Origin: Candidatus Electronema halotolerans
GTDB taxonomy: Bacteria > Desulfobacterota > Desulfobulbia > Desulfobulbales > Desulfobulbaceae
Assembly: GCA_942493095.1 (NCBI GenBank)
Contig: OW818675.1
Location: 2,850,001 to 2,882,000, forward strand
DNA length: 32,000 nucleotides
Direction of reading: 5' to 3'
In this document: in pieces, positions 9,516 to 18,011 of the stretch
Position numbering within the stretch: position 1 is the first letter of the stretch
How the letters are laid out: each line of letters starts with the position of its first letter
Notes under the pieces: model-generated
What the model saw: only the letters and a program-made list of their open reading frames with translations
The model's database searches: none
Told to the model about the DNA's origin: nothing
Position numbers and translations under genes: made by a program

Positions 9516-10259
9516 TCAGGCAGCGGGCGGCTGCCGTTTCCGCTGGATGAATTGATACAGGTCGAGCAGCGGCCCTGAGGCAGCATAGCAAAGGGCAGTG
9601 AAAAACAGGGTCACTGGCGGTTCAGAGGCTAAAAAGACCATTGCCAAAATAATGCCGACCACAGCCTGAAAACGTTTCTCGCGGGGGATGCTGATTTTTT
9701 TGAAACTCAGGTAGCGGTGCGCGGAAATCATCAGATAGGAGAGCAGATAGACCAGCAGGAGGATGGACAGGTGCTTGACCGTATCCTCTGCGCCGAGAAA
9801 GCGGAAGAACATCACCAAGGTGGCAATTGCCCCGGCTGCGGCTGGACAGGGCAGGCCGACAAAGTCATGGCTCTTCTGCTTCTCTGGCGGCTGCTCGGCA
9901 ATAGTGTTGAAGCGGGCCAGACGCAGGGAAGTGGCGGCAACATAGAGAAAGGCGGCCAGCCAGCCATAGCGTCCATAAGGCAGCAAGGCCCAGAGATAGG
10001 CGAGCAGGGCTGGGGCCACGCCAAAGGAGACCAGATCACAGAGTGAATCTAGCTGCATGCCAAAGTCGGAGGCAGAGCCGGTCATCCGGGCCACCCTGCC
10101 GTCAAGGCCGTCAAAGACTCCAGCGACAATGATGGCTGCCGCTGCCGGATAAAAGTCACCGTTGATCGAGGCGATGATTGAATAAAAGCCGCTGAACAGA
10201 CTGGCAAGGGTCAGGGTGCAGGGCAGAAGGAAAAAACGGTTCGGCTGTGGCAGTTCCAT
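9516..10259 (-). CDS. pssA: CDP-diacylglycerol--serine O-phosphatidyltransferase
   Basis: CDP-alcohol phosphatidyltransferase motif (GVFDGLDGRVARMTGSASDFGMQLDSLCDLVSFGVAPALL). Start at MELPQPNRFFLLP. Confidence 0.92.
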   Translation of the reverse strand: MELPQPNRFFLLPCTLTLASLFSGFYSIIASINGDFYPAAAAIIVAGVFDGLDGRVARMTGSASDFGMQLDSLCDLVSFGVAPALLAYLWALLPYGRYGWLAAFLYVAATSLRLARFNTIAEQPPEKQKSHDFVGLPCPAAAGAIATLVMFFRFLGAEDTVKHLSILLLVYLLSYLMISAHRYLSFKKISIPREKRFQAVVGIILAMVFLASEPPVTLFFTALCYAASGPLLDLYQFIQRKRQPPAA

Positions 10260-10429
10260 AGTTCGGCGTGGAGGCAGGAAGGGCGGACTTTGACTGAACA
10301 CAAGAAAGACCGGCATATTATACCGGCAGAGCCAAGATATGCAACCGAATAAGGGCCGCTCCGCCCGCATCTTGTTTCCGGCCCTGCTTCCGGGTATAGT
10401 CGGAGCAGAACAATCTGAACCGTCGTTGC

Positions 10430-10513
10430 TGTCATTTCGAGCACAGCGAGAAATCGTTGTGCGCTCTTCCTCGTTTCAAGCGGTTGAGATTCCTCGCCTT
10501 GTGCGGAATGACA
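10430..10513. repeat. REP/MITE-like imperfect inverted repeat
   Basis: TGTCATTTCGAGCACAGCGAGAAATC pairs with GAGATTCCTCGCCTTGTGCGGAATGACA; typical of dispersed intergenic repeats. Confidence 0.7.
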
Positions 10514-10556
10514 ATGTCAATGACCTCTCTTTTTTGCCAACGCTCCCGACAAAACC

Positions 10557-11525
10557 ATGCCTGATCTTTTGGACAAATTTCAAGGCTGTCTGCTGGCCGC
10601 AGCTCTTGGCGATGCCTTCTGCGCTGGCCACGAAGGCGGCCTGCTGGAGCGGCTGCTCTGGCGGCTGCTTGGCAGGACACGGCAGGGCCTGCGCCGCTGG
10701 ACTGATGATACCCAGATGAGCATTGATCTGGCCCGGCATCTGCTCCGGCATGGCCGTGTCAATCAAGATGCGCTGGCCGCAGATTTTGCCGCCAGCTATC
10801 GCTGGTCGCGTGGCTATGGCCCCAGCACCGTCGCTGTCCTGCGACAGGTCAGGGCCGGGACAGACTGGCGGAGCGCAGTGACAGCCCGGCATCCGTCCGG
10901 CTCCTATGGCAATGGCGCAGCCATGCGGGTTGCGCCGCTGGCCCTGTTCCATCATGATCAGCCCAAGGAACTGGCGGAGGCGGTTGCGCAGGCTTCAGCC
11001 GTCACTCATGCCCACCCGGCAGCTCTTGCCGGAGCGCAGCTCATCGCCCAAGCCATTGTTCATGCTCTTGGGGATGCGGATTCGGCAGAGGCAGTCAGAG
11101 CACTGGCTGGGCAGTGTCAAGACCCAAACTTTGCCCAAGCCATGCAGACAGTCAGCAAGCTGCTCGCAGCTCCGGCCCTGCCTGAACCAGCCCGCCTGCG
11201 CCAGCTCCTTGGCACGGAAAGCACGGCCCTGCGCTCCTGTCCAGCTACCGTGCTGCTGGGCCTCAGCTTTCGGCAGCAGCCTCTGCCCGAACTGCTGGCA
11301 TACATTCGGCGCGGCGGCGGCGACACCGACACAGTCGCGGCAATGGCCGGGGCGATCTGGGGCGCGGCTGCTGGCAGAAGCAGGATTCCTGAGCCGATGC
11401 TCTGCGCTGTTGAGGCATATAAGCAGCTCCTGCATCTGGCCGGGCAACTGCACGGCAAGGCAAAGCACTTTCAGAAACAAAGCAATGAAACCAGAAATTT
11501 GTCTCAACATGATCGTCAAAAATGA
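10557..11525 (+). CDS. ADP-ribosylglycohydrolase (DraG/ARH) family protein
   Basis: FQGCLLAAALGDAFC...WTDDTQMSIDLA...GGGDTDTVAAMAGAIWGA. Confidence 0.88.
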   Translation: MPDLLDKFQGCLLAAALGDAFCAGHEGGLLERLLWRLLGRTRQGLRRWTDDTQMSIDLARHLLRHGRVNQDALAADFAASYRWSRGYGPSTVAVLRQVRAGTDWRSAVTARHPSGSYGNGAAMRVAPLALFHHDQPKELAEAVAQASAVTHAHPAALAGAQLIAQAIVHALGDADSAEAVRALAGQCQDPNFAQAMQTVSKLLAAPALPEPARLRQLLGTESTALRSCPATVLLGLSFRQQPLPELLAYIRRGGGDTDTVAAMAGAIWGAAAGRSRIPEPMLCAVEAYKQLLHLAGQLHGKAKHFQKQSNETRNLSQHDRQK

Positions 11526-13167
11526 AACCACGGTGCTGGGGCGGCTTTTTGACTCGGTCAAGGATGTTGTTGATTATTATATCATTGCTGACACCGGCTC
11601 GACAGACGGCACACCAGAGTTCATCGGCAAAGAAATGCAGCGGCACGGCATTCCCGGCGAAGTGCTTCATCATAAATGGGTGAATTATGGCTTCAACCGG
11701 AATCAGGCCCTCCAGCATGTTTATGCAAAAAAATGGCAAGGATGGGTGCTGTTCATTGATGCGGACGAAGAGCTGGCCTGCTCTGACCCCCTGTTTCATG
11801 CCAAATTGGAACCCGGTGTCACGTACCAGCTGCAAAAGCACCACGGCTCGCTGCGCTACTCCTTGTCCAATTTGGTTGATGTCAGCAGGACGCAGTGGGA
11901 ATGGAAAGGCGTGGTGCATGAATATCTGGAACACGTTGGCGGCCCGGTTGCCTGCCGAGAACTGCATTCGGCATGGATTATCTATCATGCCGGAGAAGGA
12001 GTGCGCTCGCGGGGCGTGAGCGATGCGGAAAAGTATCTTGCGGATGCGGCTCTTTTGAAGGCGGAATGCAAGAAAAATCCAACCGATGCCAGAAGCAAGT
12101 TTTATCTCGCCCAGTCCTATGACAATGCCGGACGACTGGAACAGGCGCTGCGTCATTATCAACAGCGGGCGGCCATGCTTGGCTGGGATCAGGAAAATTT
12201 CGTGGCGCAACTGCGGGCCGCACGGCTCTGTGCGCAGCTCAAAAAATCTGATCAGGAAGTGGTCCGCGCCTTTCTCAAGGCGCATGAGATGTGTCCGCAG
12301 CGTGCCGAGCCGCTGCATGATCTGGCTTCGTATTATCGAAACAGGAAGCAATTCAGCCAAGCATACAACTATGCGAAAAAAGCAGCGGCGGTTCCGTTGC
12401 CAAGCGACACATTATTTGTAGAAAAGGATATTTACGACTGGCGCATCTTGGATGAAATAGGAGTGGCTGCGTACTGGACAGGCCGTTACCATGAAGCACG
12501 CAAGGCTTGTGAAACTGTTCTTGCGCGACAGGAACGCGGGGAAATTCGGCTCAACAAGGCAACAGTTCAACGGATTCAGGACAATCTGGGATTTTCTCTC
12601 AAAAAAGTTGAGGAACAGCAGGTCAAGGTGGACCGGAACAGCTCTGCGGAGCTGCTGCTTGGTTCTGGTTCACGCGCCAAGAAAGACCTGCTCCTTGCAG
12701 GGATGTCGGCAGAGTTTTCCAACCTTATCCGCCTTGATCAGAACAAAGATCATGAACCGGATCTGGTCTGGGACCTGCGCAGCCATCCGCTGCCTTTTGC
12801 TGACAGCTCTTTTGACGAAATTCATGCCTATCAGGTCCTCCAGCATCTGGCGCAGCAGGGTGATTACCAGTTTTTCTTTGCCGAGTTCAGCGAATACTGG
12901 CGCATCCTCAAGCCGGGCGGCCTGTTTCTCGCTTCAGTTCCAGACCGCTCTCTGGCTTGGGCTGATCCTGCGAACAAGCGAATTATTCAACCGGAAACTT
13001 TGGCATTTCTTGACCAAGATGAATACGCGCAACAGGTCGGCACAACCACTATGCGTGATTTCCGTTACCTGTACAAGGCCCACTTCAAGACTGCATATTC
13101 ACAGGTTAGTGAGGGTGTCTTTTACTTTGCGCTCAGAAAAGTTGTGCAGGAAAAGAAAGAACGATAA
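11485..13167 (+). CDS. Family 2 glycosyltransferase-TPR-SAM methyltransferase fusion protein
   Basis: Start MKPEICLNMIVKNETTVLGRLFDSV...ADTGSTDGT (TPR-glycosyltransferase type). C-terminal GSGSRAKKDLLLAGMSAEFSN..PDLVWDLRSHPLPFADSSFDEIHAYQVLQHL...YWRILKPGG methyltransferase signature. The track ORF from 10906 extends out of frame through the upstream gene. Confidence 0.8.
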   Translation: MKPEICLNMIVKNETTVLGRLFDSVKDVVDYYIIADTGSTDGTPEFIGKEMQRHGIPGEVLHHKWVNYGFNRNQALQHVYAKKWQGWVLFIDADEELACSDPLFHAKLEPGVTYQLQKHHGSLRYSLSNLVDVSRTQWEWKGVVHEYLEHVGGPVACRELHSAWIIYHAGEGVRSRGVSDAEKYLADAALLKAECKKNPTDARSKFYLAQSYDNAGRLEQALRHYQQRAAMLGWDQENFVAQLRAARLCAQLKKSDQEVVRAFLKAHEMCPQRAEPLHDLASYYRNRKQFSQAYNYAKKAAAVPLPSDTLFVEKDIYDWRILDEIGVAAYWTGRYHEARKACETVLARQERGEIRLNKATVQRIQDNLGFSLKKVEEQQVKVDRNSSAELLLGSGSRAKKDLLLAGMSAEFSNLIRLDQNKDHEPDLVWDLRSHPLPFADSSFDEIHAYQVLQHLAQQGDYQFFFAEFSEYWRILKPGGLFLASVPDRSLAWADPANKRIIQPETLAFLDQDEYAQQVGTTTMRDFRYLYKAHFKTAYSQVSEGVFYFALRKVVQEKKER

Positions 13168-13252
13168 TTCAAGAGACGGGATGGTCAGCTTTGCATGGCA
13201 ACAGCAACCTGAAACAATGCGTTAAAGTGAATTTACACCCTGTGATGACTTG

Positions 13253-13283
13253 CAAAAAAAAGCCCCTTCCGCAGAAGGGGCTT
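13253..13283 (-). terminator. Rho-independent terminator for rpoD
   Basis: On the minus strand, AAGCCCCTTC-TGCG-GAAGGGGCTT followed by a T run. Confidence 0.85.
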
Positions 13284-13309
13284 CAGATGGACAGAAACGT
13301 CGGGCAGCT

Positions 13310-14638
13310 TCAGTCGAGAAAAAAGCGCAGTTTTTCCCGGCGGCTGGAGTGGCGCAGCCGGTTGAGAGCTTTTTTCTCTATTTGGCGGATGCGCTCGCGG
13401 GAGACATTGAATTTCTTGCCAATCTCCTCCAGCGTGTATTCCGCCTTCTCGCCAATGCCGAAGCGCAGGCGGATGATCTTCTCCTCCCGCTCAGTCAGAG
13501 TGGCTAACACTTCAGTGACCCGGTCGGCCAGCTCGCGGTTCTCAACCGTGTCATAGGGCGACTCAGCCTCCTGATTCTCCAAAAAGTCGCCAAGGGTGGA
13601 ATCATCGTCACCAACCGGAGTTTCCAAGGAAATCGGCTCGCGGGATGCCTCCAGAATGGCGAGGATTTTATCCATTGGCAGATCAGTCAGCTCGGAGATT
13701 TCGGTCGGGGTTGGCTCCCGGCCCAGCTCCTTGAGCAACGAATAAAATGCCTTGAAAAACTGACTGCGCAATTCGAGAAAATGCACGGGCAGCCGGATGG
13801 TGCGGGTCTTGTCCAAAATCGCCCGCGTGATCGCCTGCCGAATCCACCACGAAGCATAGGTGGAGAACTTGTTGCCCTTGGTGTAGTCAAAGCGGAACAC
13901 GGCCCGCATCAGGCCGAGATTGCCCTCCTGAATCAAATCCGCCAAGGTCAGCCCTTGGTGCATGTAGCGTTTGGCAATCGAGACCACCAAGCGCAGGTTG
14001 GCCCGAATCATGCAGTCCTTGGCATTCTCAATCGAGCGGCTGTAAGCACCGAGCCGGGTGTGCAGTTCGAGCAGCTCCCGCTTGTCCGCATACTTGCCTG
14101 CCGCCTTTTTCACGCACTGACGCATGTGATTGAGCTGCTGCTTTTTCGGCTTGAGCGAAGGGTCGCGCCGTTCCCACAGCTCAATCCGGTCCCTGAGAAT
14201 TTTCATTTCAGGAACACCGGATTTTTCTTCCCGAACCGCATTGACAATCGCGCTGAACCCTTCCCGGATGGCCTTGGAATACCGGGCCTCCTCCTCCGGG
14301 GTCAGCAGCTCGAACTGCCCCATTTCCCGTAAATACGTGGTCGTGGTCTCCTCGGCTTCATGATCTTCGTCGCCGGAAACAACCAGACCGTCCTCGTCGC
14401 TCTCGTCAACGTGCATATCTTCCTTGCCTGTCCATTCCTCGCCGGAAAGGGTCCTTTTCCGCCCCGACTCCTCGACAGTAACAATTTCAATGTTATGCGC
14501 GTTCAGGAAATCAAAAACAGCTTCAATGGCTCCGGGGTCTTTCACATCATCCGGCAGCAATTTGTTAAGATGTTTGAAAGTGATGCAGCCCTCGCCCTGT
14601 CCGGCCTTGAGAAGGTCTTCCTTAATACTTGCAAGCAC
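13310..14638 (-). CDS. rpoD: RNA polymerase sigma factor RpoD/sigma-70
   Basis: Region 2 (NLRLVVSIAKRYMHQGLTLADLIQEGNLGLMRAVFRFDYTKGNKFSTYASWWIRQAITRAI) and region 4 (VLATLTEREEKIIRLRFGIG...VSRERIRQIEKKALNRLRH). Confidence 0.95.
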   Translation of the reverse strand: MLASIKEDLLKAGQGEGCITFKHLNKLLPDDVKDPGAIEAVFDFLNAHNIEIVTVEESGRKRTLSGEEWTGKEDMHVDESDEDGLVVSGDEDHEAEETTTTYLREMGQFELLTPEEEARYSKAIREGFSAIVNAVREEKSGVPEMKILRDRIELWERRDPSLKPKKQQLNHMRQCVKKAAGKYADKRELLELHTRLGAYSRSIENAKDCMIRANLRLVVSIAKRYMHQGLTLADLIQEGNLGLMRAVFRFDYTKGNKFSTYASWWIRQAITRAILDKTRTIRLPVHFLELRSQFFKAFYSLLKELGREPTPTEISELTDLPMDKILAILEASREPISLETPVGDDDSTLGDFLENQEAESPYDTVENRELADRVTEVLATLTEREEKIIRLRFGIGEKAEYTLEEIGKKFNVSRERIRQIEKKALNRLRHSSRREKLRFFLD

Positions 14639-14833
14639 CTGCTTTCACCCTCCCTGCGCATGGCGTATGGAAAGAAATATGACGGCATAAAAAAAGACGC
14701 TGCTGCGTCCAGTGTAATGAATAAAATATTTATATATAGTATATTTTATCTGAAAAAGCAAAGCAAGATTTTTCAACCCAGTTTTTCAGGCTGGATGCAG
14801 TTCCTGCCTGTCTTCCGTCCCTTTTGACCACAA

Positions 14834-16444
14834 ATGACCATGACTGACAAACATGCAGCATCTCCGCAGCCGGACAGCAGCCTCTGCGCCAGCAGAGCTT
14901 CTGGTGTTCTTCTCCATATTTCCTCCCTGCCCAGCCCACACGGCATCGGCGATCTCGGTCCGGGCAGCCATGTTTTTGTTGATTTTCTCAAGGCGGGCGG
15001 CCAGAGCTTCTGGCAGGTCCTGCCGCTGGGGCCGACCAGCCTTTCCTCTGGCAATTCTCCGTATATGAGCAGCTCGGCCTTTGCTGGCAATCCGCTGCTG
15101 ATCAGCCCGGAATTGCTGGTTCGGGACGGCTGGCTGCAAGAGAAGGAGCTGCCGCCTCAGCCTGCCGAATTCTCTGAATATTTGGTGGATTTTCCAGCAG
15201 TGACCGCATGGAAGGAAACGCTGCTGACCTTGGCTTGGCAGTCGTTTCAGCAAAGAATGACGGCAAAAGAGCAGGAAAGCCTGCTGGCGGAATTTGCCGG
15301 GCAGCATCCTTGGGCCAAAGACTATGCGCTGTTCATGGCCTTGAAAGAGCAGTTCAACGGTCAGGCGTGGCTGGACTGGCCGGAGGAGCTGCGCCTGCAT
15401 CAGCCGGAAGCAGTGCGGGCGGCGGAACAGGAGCTGGGCCAGACAGTCCGCCGTCATCTCTTTGTTCAGCATCTTTTCTTCAGCCAATGGCAGGAGCTGC
15501 ATGATCATGCGGCAGCCAACGGTATCCGCCTGATCGGCGACCTGCCGATTTATGTGGCCCTTGATTCCGCTGATGTCTGGGCTGATCAGGAAATATTCAT
15601 GCTGTCGCCAAAAACAGGCCGTCCCACGCATGTCGCCGGGGTGCCGCCAGATTATTTCAGCAAAACCGGCCAGCTCTGGGGCAATCCCCTGTACCGCTGG
15701 CACAGCCGCACTGCGGGCGTGAAGGAGCGGCTTTTTGACTGGTGGGAGCAGCGGCTGCGGGCGGTGCTCTCTGCCGTGGATGTGATCCGCATTGACCATT
15801 TCCGGGGCTTTGAAGCCTACTGGTCGGTTCCGGCCAAAGAGACCACTGCCCTTGATGGTGAATGGAAAAAAGGGCCGGGCCTTCGCTTTTTCAAGGACAT
15901 GGAAGAGCGGCTCGGCAGCCTGCCGGTCATTGCTGAGGACTTGGGCGTGATCACCCCGGAAGTGGAGCAGCTCCGTGACAGCATGGGCTTTCCTGGCATG
16001 AAAATTCTTCTCTTCGCCTTTGACGGCGACCCTGAAAACGCCTATCTGCCGTGGAACATGCCGAAAAACTGCGTGGTTTATACCGGCACCCATGACAACG
16101 ACACCGCCGTGGGCTGGTATCTGAGCGGCGAGGTGGCGCAGGAAGTCAAGCAGCAGGCCAAAGTCTGTGTCAACCGCAGTGACGACGCATCCCGCTTTCA
16201 TGAGGACATGCTGTATTTGGCTCAGACCTCGCCAGCCGGACTCTGCATTCTGCCTATGCAGGACTTGCTCGGCTTTGGCAATGACTGCCGGATGAACACG
16301 CCTGGAACTGCTGAAAATAATTGGCGATGGCGTTGCGCGCCCCGTTTCATCACCACTGAGCTGGCCGAGAATCTCAGGCGGCGCACCGCCCTGTTCGGCA
16401 GGCTGCCTGCGGCAAAAAAAGAAAAAGACGAAAATCCTGCTTGA
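14834..16444 (+). CDS. malQ: 4-alpha-glucanotransferase
   Basis: SGVLLHISSLPSPHGIGDLG...FWQVLPLGPT...SPYMSSSAFAGNPLLISPE...IRIDHFRGFEAYW...EDLGVITPEVE...YTGTHDNDTA. Confidence 0.96.
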   Translation: MTMTDKHAASPQPDSSLCASRASGVLLHISSLPSPHGIGDLGPGSHVFVDFLKAGGQSFWQVLPLGPTSLSSGNSPYMSSSAFAGNPLLISPELLVRDGWLQEKELPPQPAEFSEYLVDFPAVTAWKETLLTLAWQSFQQRMTAKEQESLLAEFAGQHPWAKDYALFMALKEQFNGQAWLDWPEELRLHQPEAVRAAEQELGQTVRRHLFVQHLFFSQWQELHDHAAANGIRLIGDLPIYVALDSADVWADQEIFMLSPKTGRPTHVAGVPPDYFSKTGQLWGNPLYRWHSRTAGVKERLFDWWEQRLRAVLSAVDVIRIDHFRGFEAYWSVPAKETTALDGEWKKGPGLRFFKDMEERLGSLPVIAEDLGVITPEVEQLRDSMGFPGMKILLFAFDGDPENAYLPWNMPKNCVVYTGTHDNDTAVGWYLSGEVAQEVKQQAKVCVNRSDDASRFHEDMLYLAQTSPAGLCILPMQDLLGFGNDCRMNTPGTAENNWRWRCAPRFITTELAENLRRRTALFGRLPAAKKEKDENPA

Positions 16445-16492
16445 CAGCGCAGCGCAAATGCTGTAAAAAGGCGTTCACGCATCATTGAATGC

Positions 16493-16567
16493 GGCCCCAT
16501 CGTCTAGCGGTTAGGACAGCGGCCTCTCACGCCGTAAACAGGAGTTCGATTCTCCTTGGGGTCACCA
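16493..16567 (+). tRNA. tRNA-Glu (anticodon CTC), CCA encoded
   Basis: GGCCCCATCGTCTAGCGGTTAGGACAGCGGCCTCTCACGCCGTAAACAGGAGTTCGATTCTCCTTGGGGTCACCA; acceptor GGCCCCA/TGGGGTC; anticodon loop CTCTCAC. Confidence 0.95.
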
Positions 16568-16576
16568 AGCAAAATC

Positions 16577-16614
16577 AGGGAGATAGAGCAGAAATTGCTT
16601 TATCTCCCTTTTTT
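16577..16614 (+). terminator. Terminator downstream of tRNA-Glu
   Basis: AGGGAGATA-gagcagaaattgctt-TATCTCCCT followed by a T run. Confidence 0.8.
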
Positions 16615-16836
16615 GTTCCCCACCATATTCCCCACATTTTTTCCTGTTTTCGCGGTATGGGGAGTCTGCTTTCTTGCCACAAAAAATATTTCTTGGGGTG
16701 GGGAATCGCGGGCTGAAGAGAAAAACGAGCTGACCCGGCAGCGGGCGAGCATGTCAGTCATCAAGCAGAACAATCCGGGCGGGATTCTCAAGGGCCAGAG
16801 GGAAGGTAGAGCGGCGGCGAGGTGTTGCTGACAGCT

Positions 16837-17070
16837 TCAGGCATGTTTCGTCTCCAGCTCATCCAGTTCCGCCGCCAGAGGAAAGACCTTGAAGCGGTTC
16901 AGGTTGAGCAGGAATTCCACTCTGGACATGCCTGCAAGCTCGGCAGCCCGCCCGGATGACAGCCTGCCGGTCTCAAACAGTTTGATTGCCGCCAGCAGGA
17001 GAATTTCACGCCCAAAGGACTCGGCATCTGTTTTTTCCTCCAGCAGCACCTTGTCAGGGCAACCGACCAT
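16837..17070 (-). CDS. UPF0175-like small HTH protein (putative antitoxin)
   Basis: 77 aa; LLLAAIKLFETGRLSSGRAAELAGMSRVEFLLNLNRFKVF matches the UPF0175 pattern. Starts 2 nt after the Abi_2 stop codon. Confidence 0.7.
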   Translation of the reverse strand: MVGCPDKVLLEEKTDAESFGREILLLAAIKLFETGRLSSGRAAELAGMSRVEFLLNLNRFKVFPLAAELDELETKHA

Positions 17071-17072
17071 GT

Positions 17073-18002
17073 TCAGAGAATCCCGAACAGCTCCCGTGGA
17101 AAACCGGAATTGTCCGGGAAGCCCATTGCAGTGAAGGGGCAGGGATCAAGAGCAGGCTTGCTGTCCACAAGATCGGCAATCTTGTTGATCCAAGTCGAGC
17201 TTGGCCCGATCTTCTTCACAAGATACCAGACAGCCGCCACCTGCCCGTATATTCTGCGTCTTGCATTAAGATCGAGATTGAGGCTCTGAAAATACTGGTC
17301 TGCTTCAAATCCCTTCAGGCTGATCGGGTTTGCGGAGGCACGGTTCCAGATTCTGGCATGATGGGCGCATTTGTTGCGTAATATATTGATCTCGGCAAGC
17401 CAATTTATCAGCGTGGAAGGTTTTGCGAATCCTATGCGTTGAATTATCTTCTGCTGGCATCTACCGTTCAGATTTTCAAAATATTTCGACATCATACCGA
17501 AATCCCAGCACTCGATAACAACCCAGAAAGGAATAGGCAGCCCTCTTTCCCGGTGCCAGACTATGCAGTCTTCCTTGCTGCTGTTTATCAAATTGCAAAG
17601 CCTGCTCATCCATTCATACCAGTGGTTGACGGCCTTGCCGTTTTTCTGTTTCGTTGCGGTGACTTTTGGATTTACAAATTCTTCCTTCTCATAGGCGAGC
17701 GGATCAATCTTCCCTATTTCATGGGCAATGATGCTGCGCATATAAATTTCAATCCGTTCGATCCCGTCCAGCATGAGCTGGCGCAGTTTTTTATCAAACA
17801 GATACAGGTTGATTATATCGTTAAAATTGATATTGTCCTGAAATCTGTCATCCCGGACAGGCAGGCCCGTCTGTGAATCTTTGAGGAAATTGCCGTTATC
17901 GTCAAATTTTGGGCATCTGCACGGATACCAGAAACCGCTTAACCGGTAGTATCCGATTTGAGACAGCTTGCGGATTGCCCTTGCCTCGTCGGGAATAAAC
18001 AT
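17073..18002 (-). pseudogene. Abi_2/AbiD-AbiF-family HEPN protein, 3' portion (N-terminus severed by IS insertion)
   Basis: MFIPDEARAIRKLSQIGYYRLSGFWYPCR... with LRNKCAHHARIWNR (HEPN Rx4H). The preceding 24 codons are encoded at 20955-20881 on the same strand. Confidence 0.85.
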
Positions 18003-18007
18003 TCCCC
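18000..18007. repeat. Left 8-bp target-site duplication of the IS66-family element
   Basis: CATTCCCC, duplicated at 20881-20888. Confidence 0.88.
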
Positions 18008-18011
18008 GTAA

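Noticed and set aside
8463-9555. Plus-strand ORFs of 263 aa and 220 aa
   Set aside because: Antisense to coaD and rsmD, which have clear family signatures.
10906-11484. N-terminal part of the 753-aa track ORF
   Set aside because: It is an out-of-frame translation of the ADP-ribosylglycohydrolase gene; the real start is probably ATG at 11485.
11263-12360. 365-aa minus-strand ORF
   Set aside because: Antisense to the glycosyltransferase fusion; no motifs.
14786-16201. 471-aa minus-strand ORF
   Set aside because: Antisense to unambiguous malQ; high-GC mirror ORF with no recognisable motifs.
16556-16831. 91-aa plus-strand ORF starting inside tRNA-Glu
   Set aside because: Overlaps the tRNA and its terminator and has no recognisable domain. 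Its C-terminal text (ELTRQRASMSVIKQNNPGGILKGQRE) may be a gene fragment, but I cannot support it.
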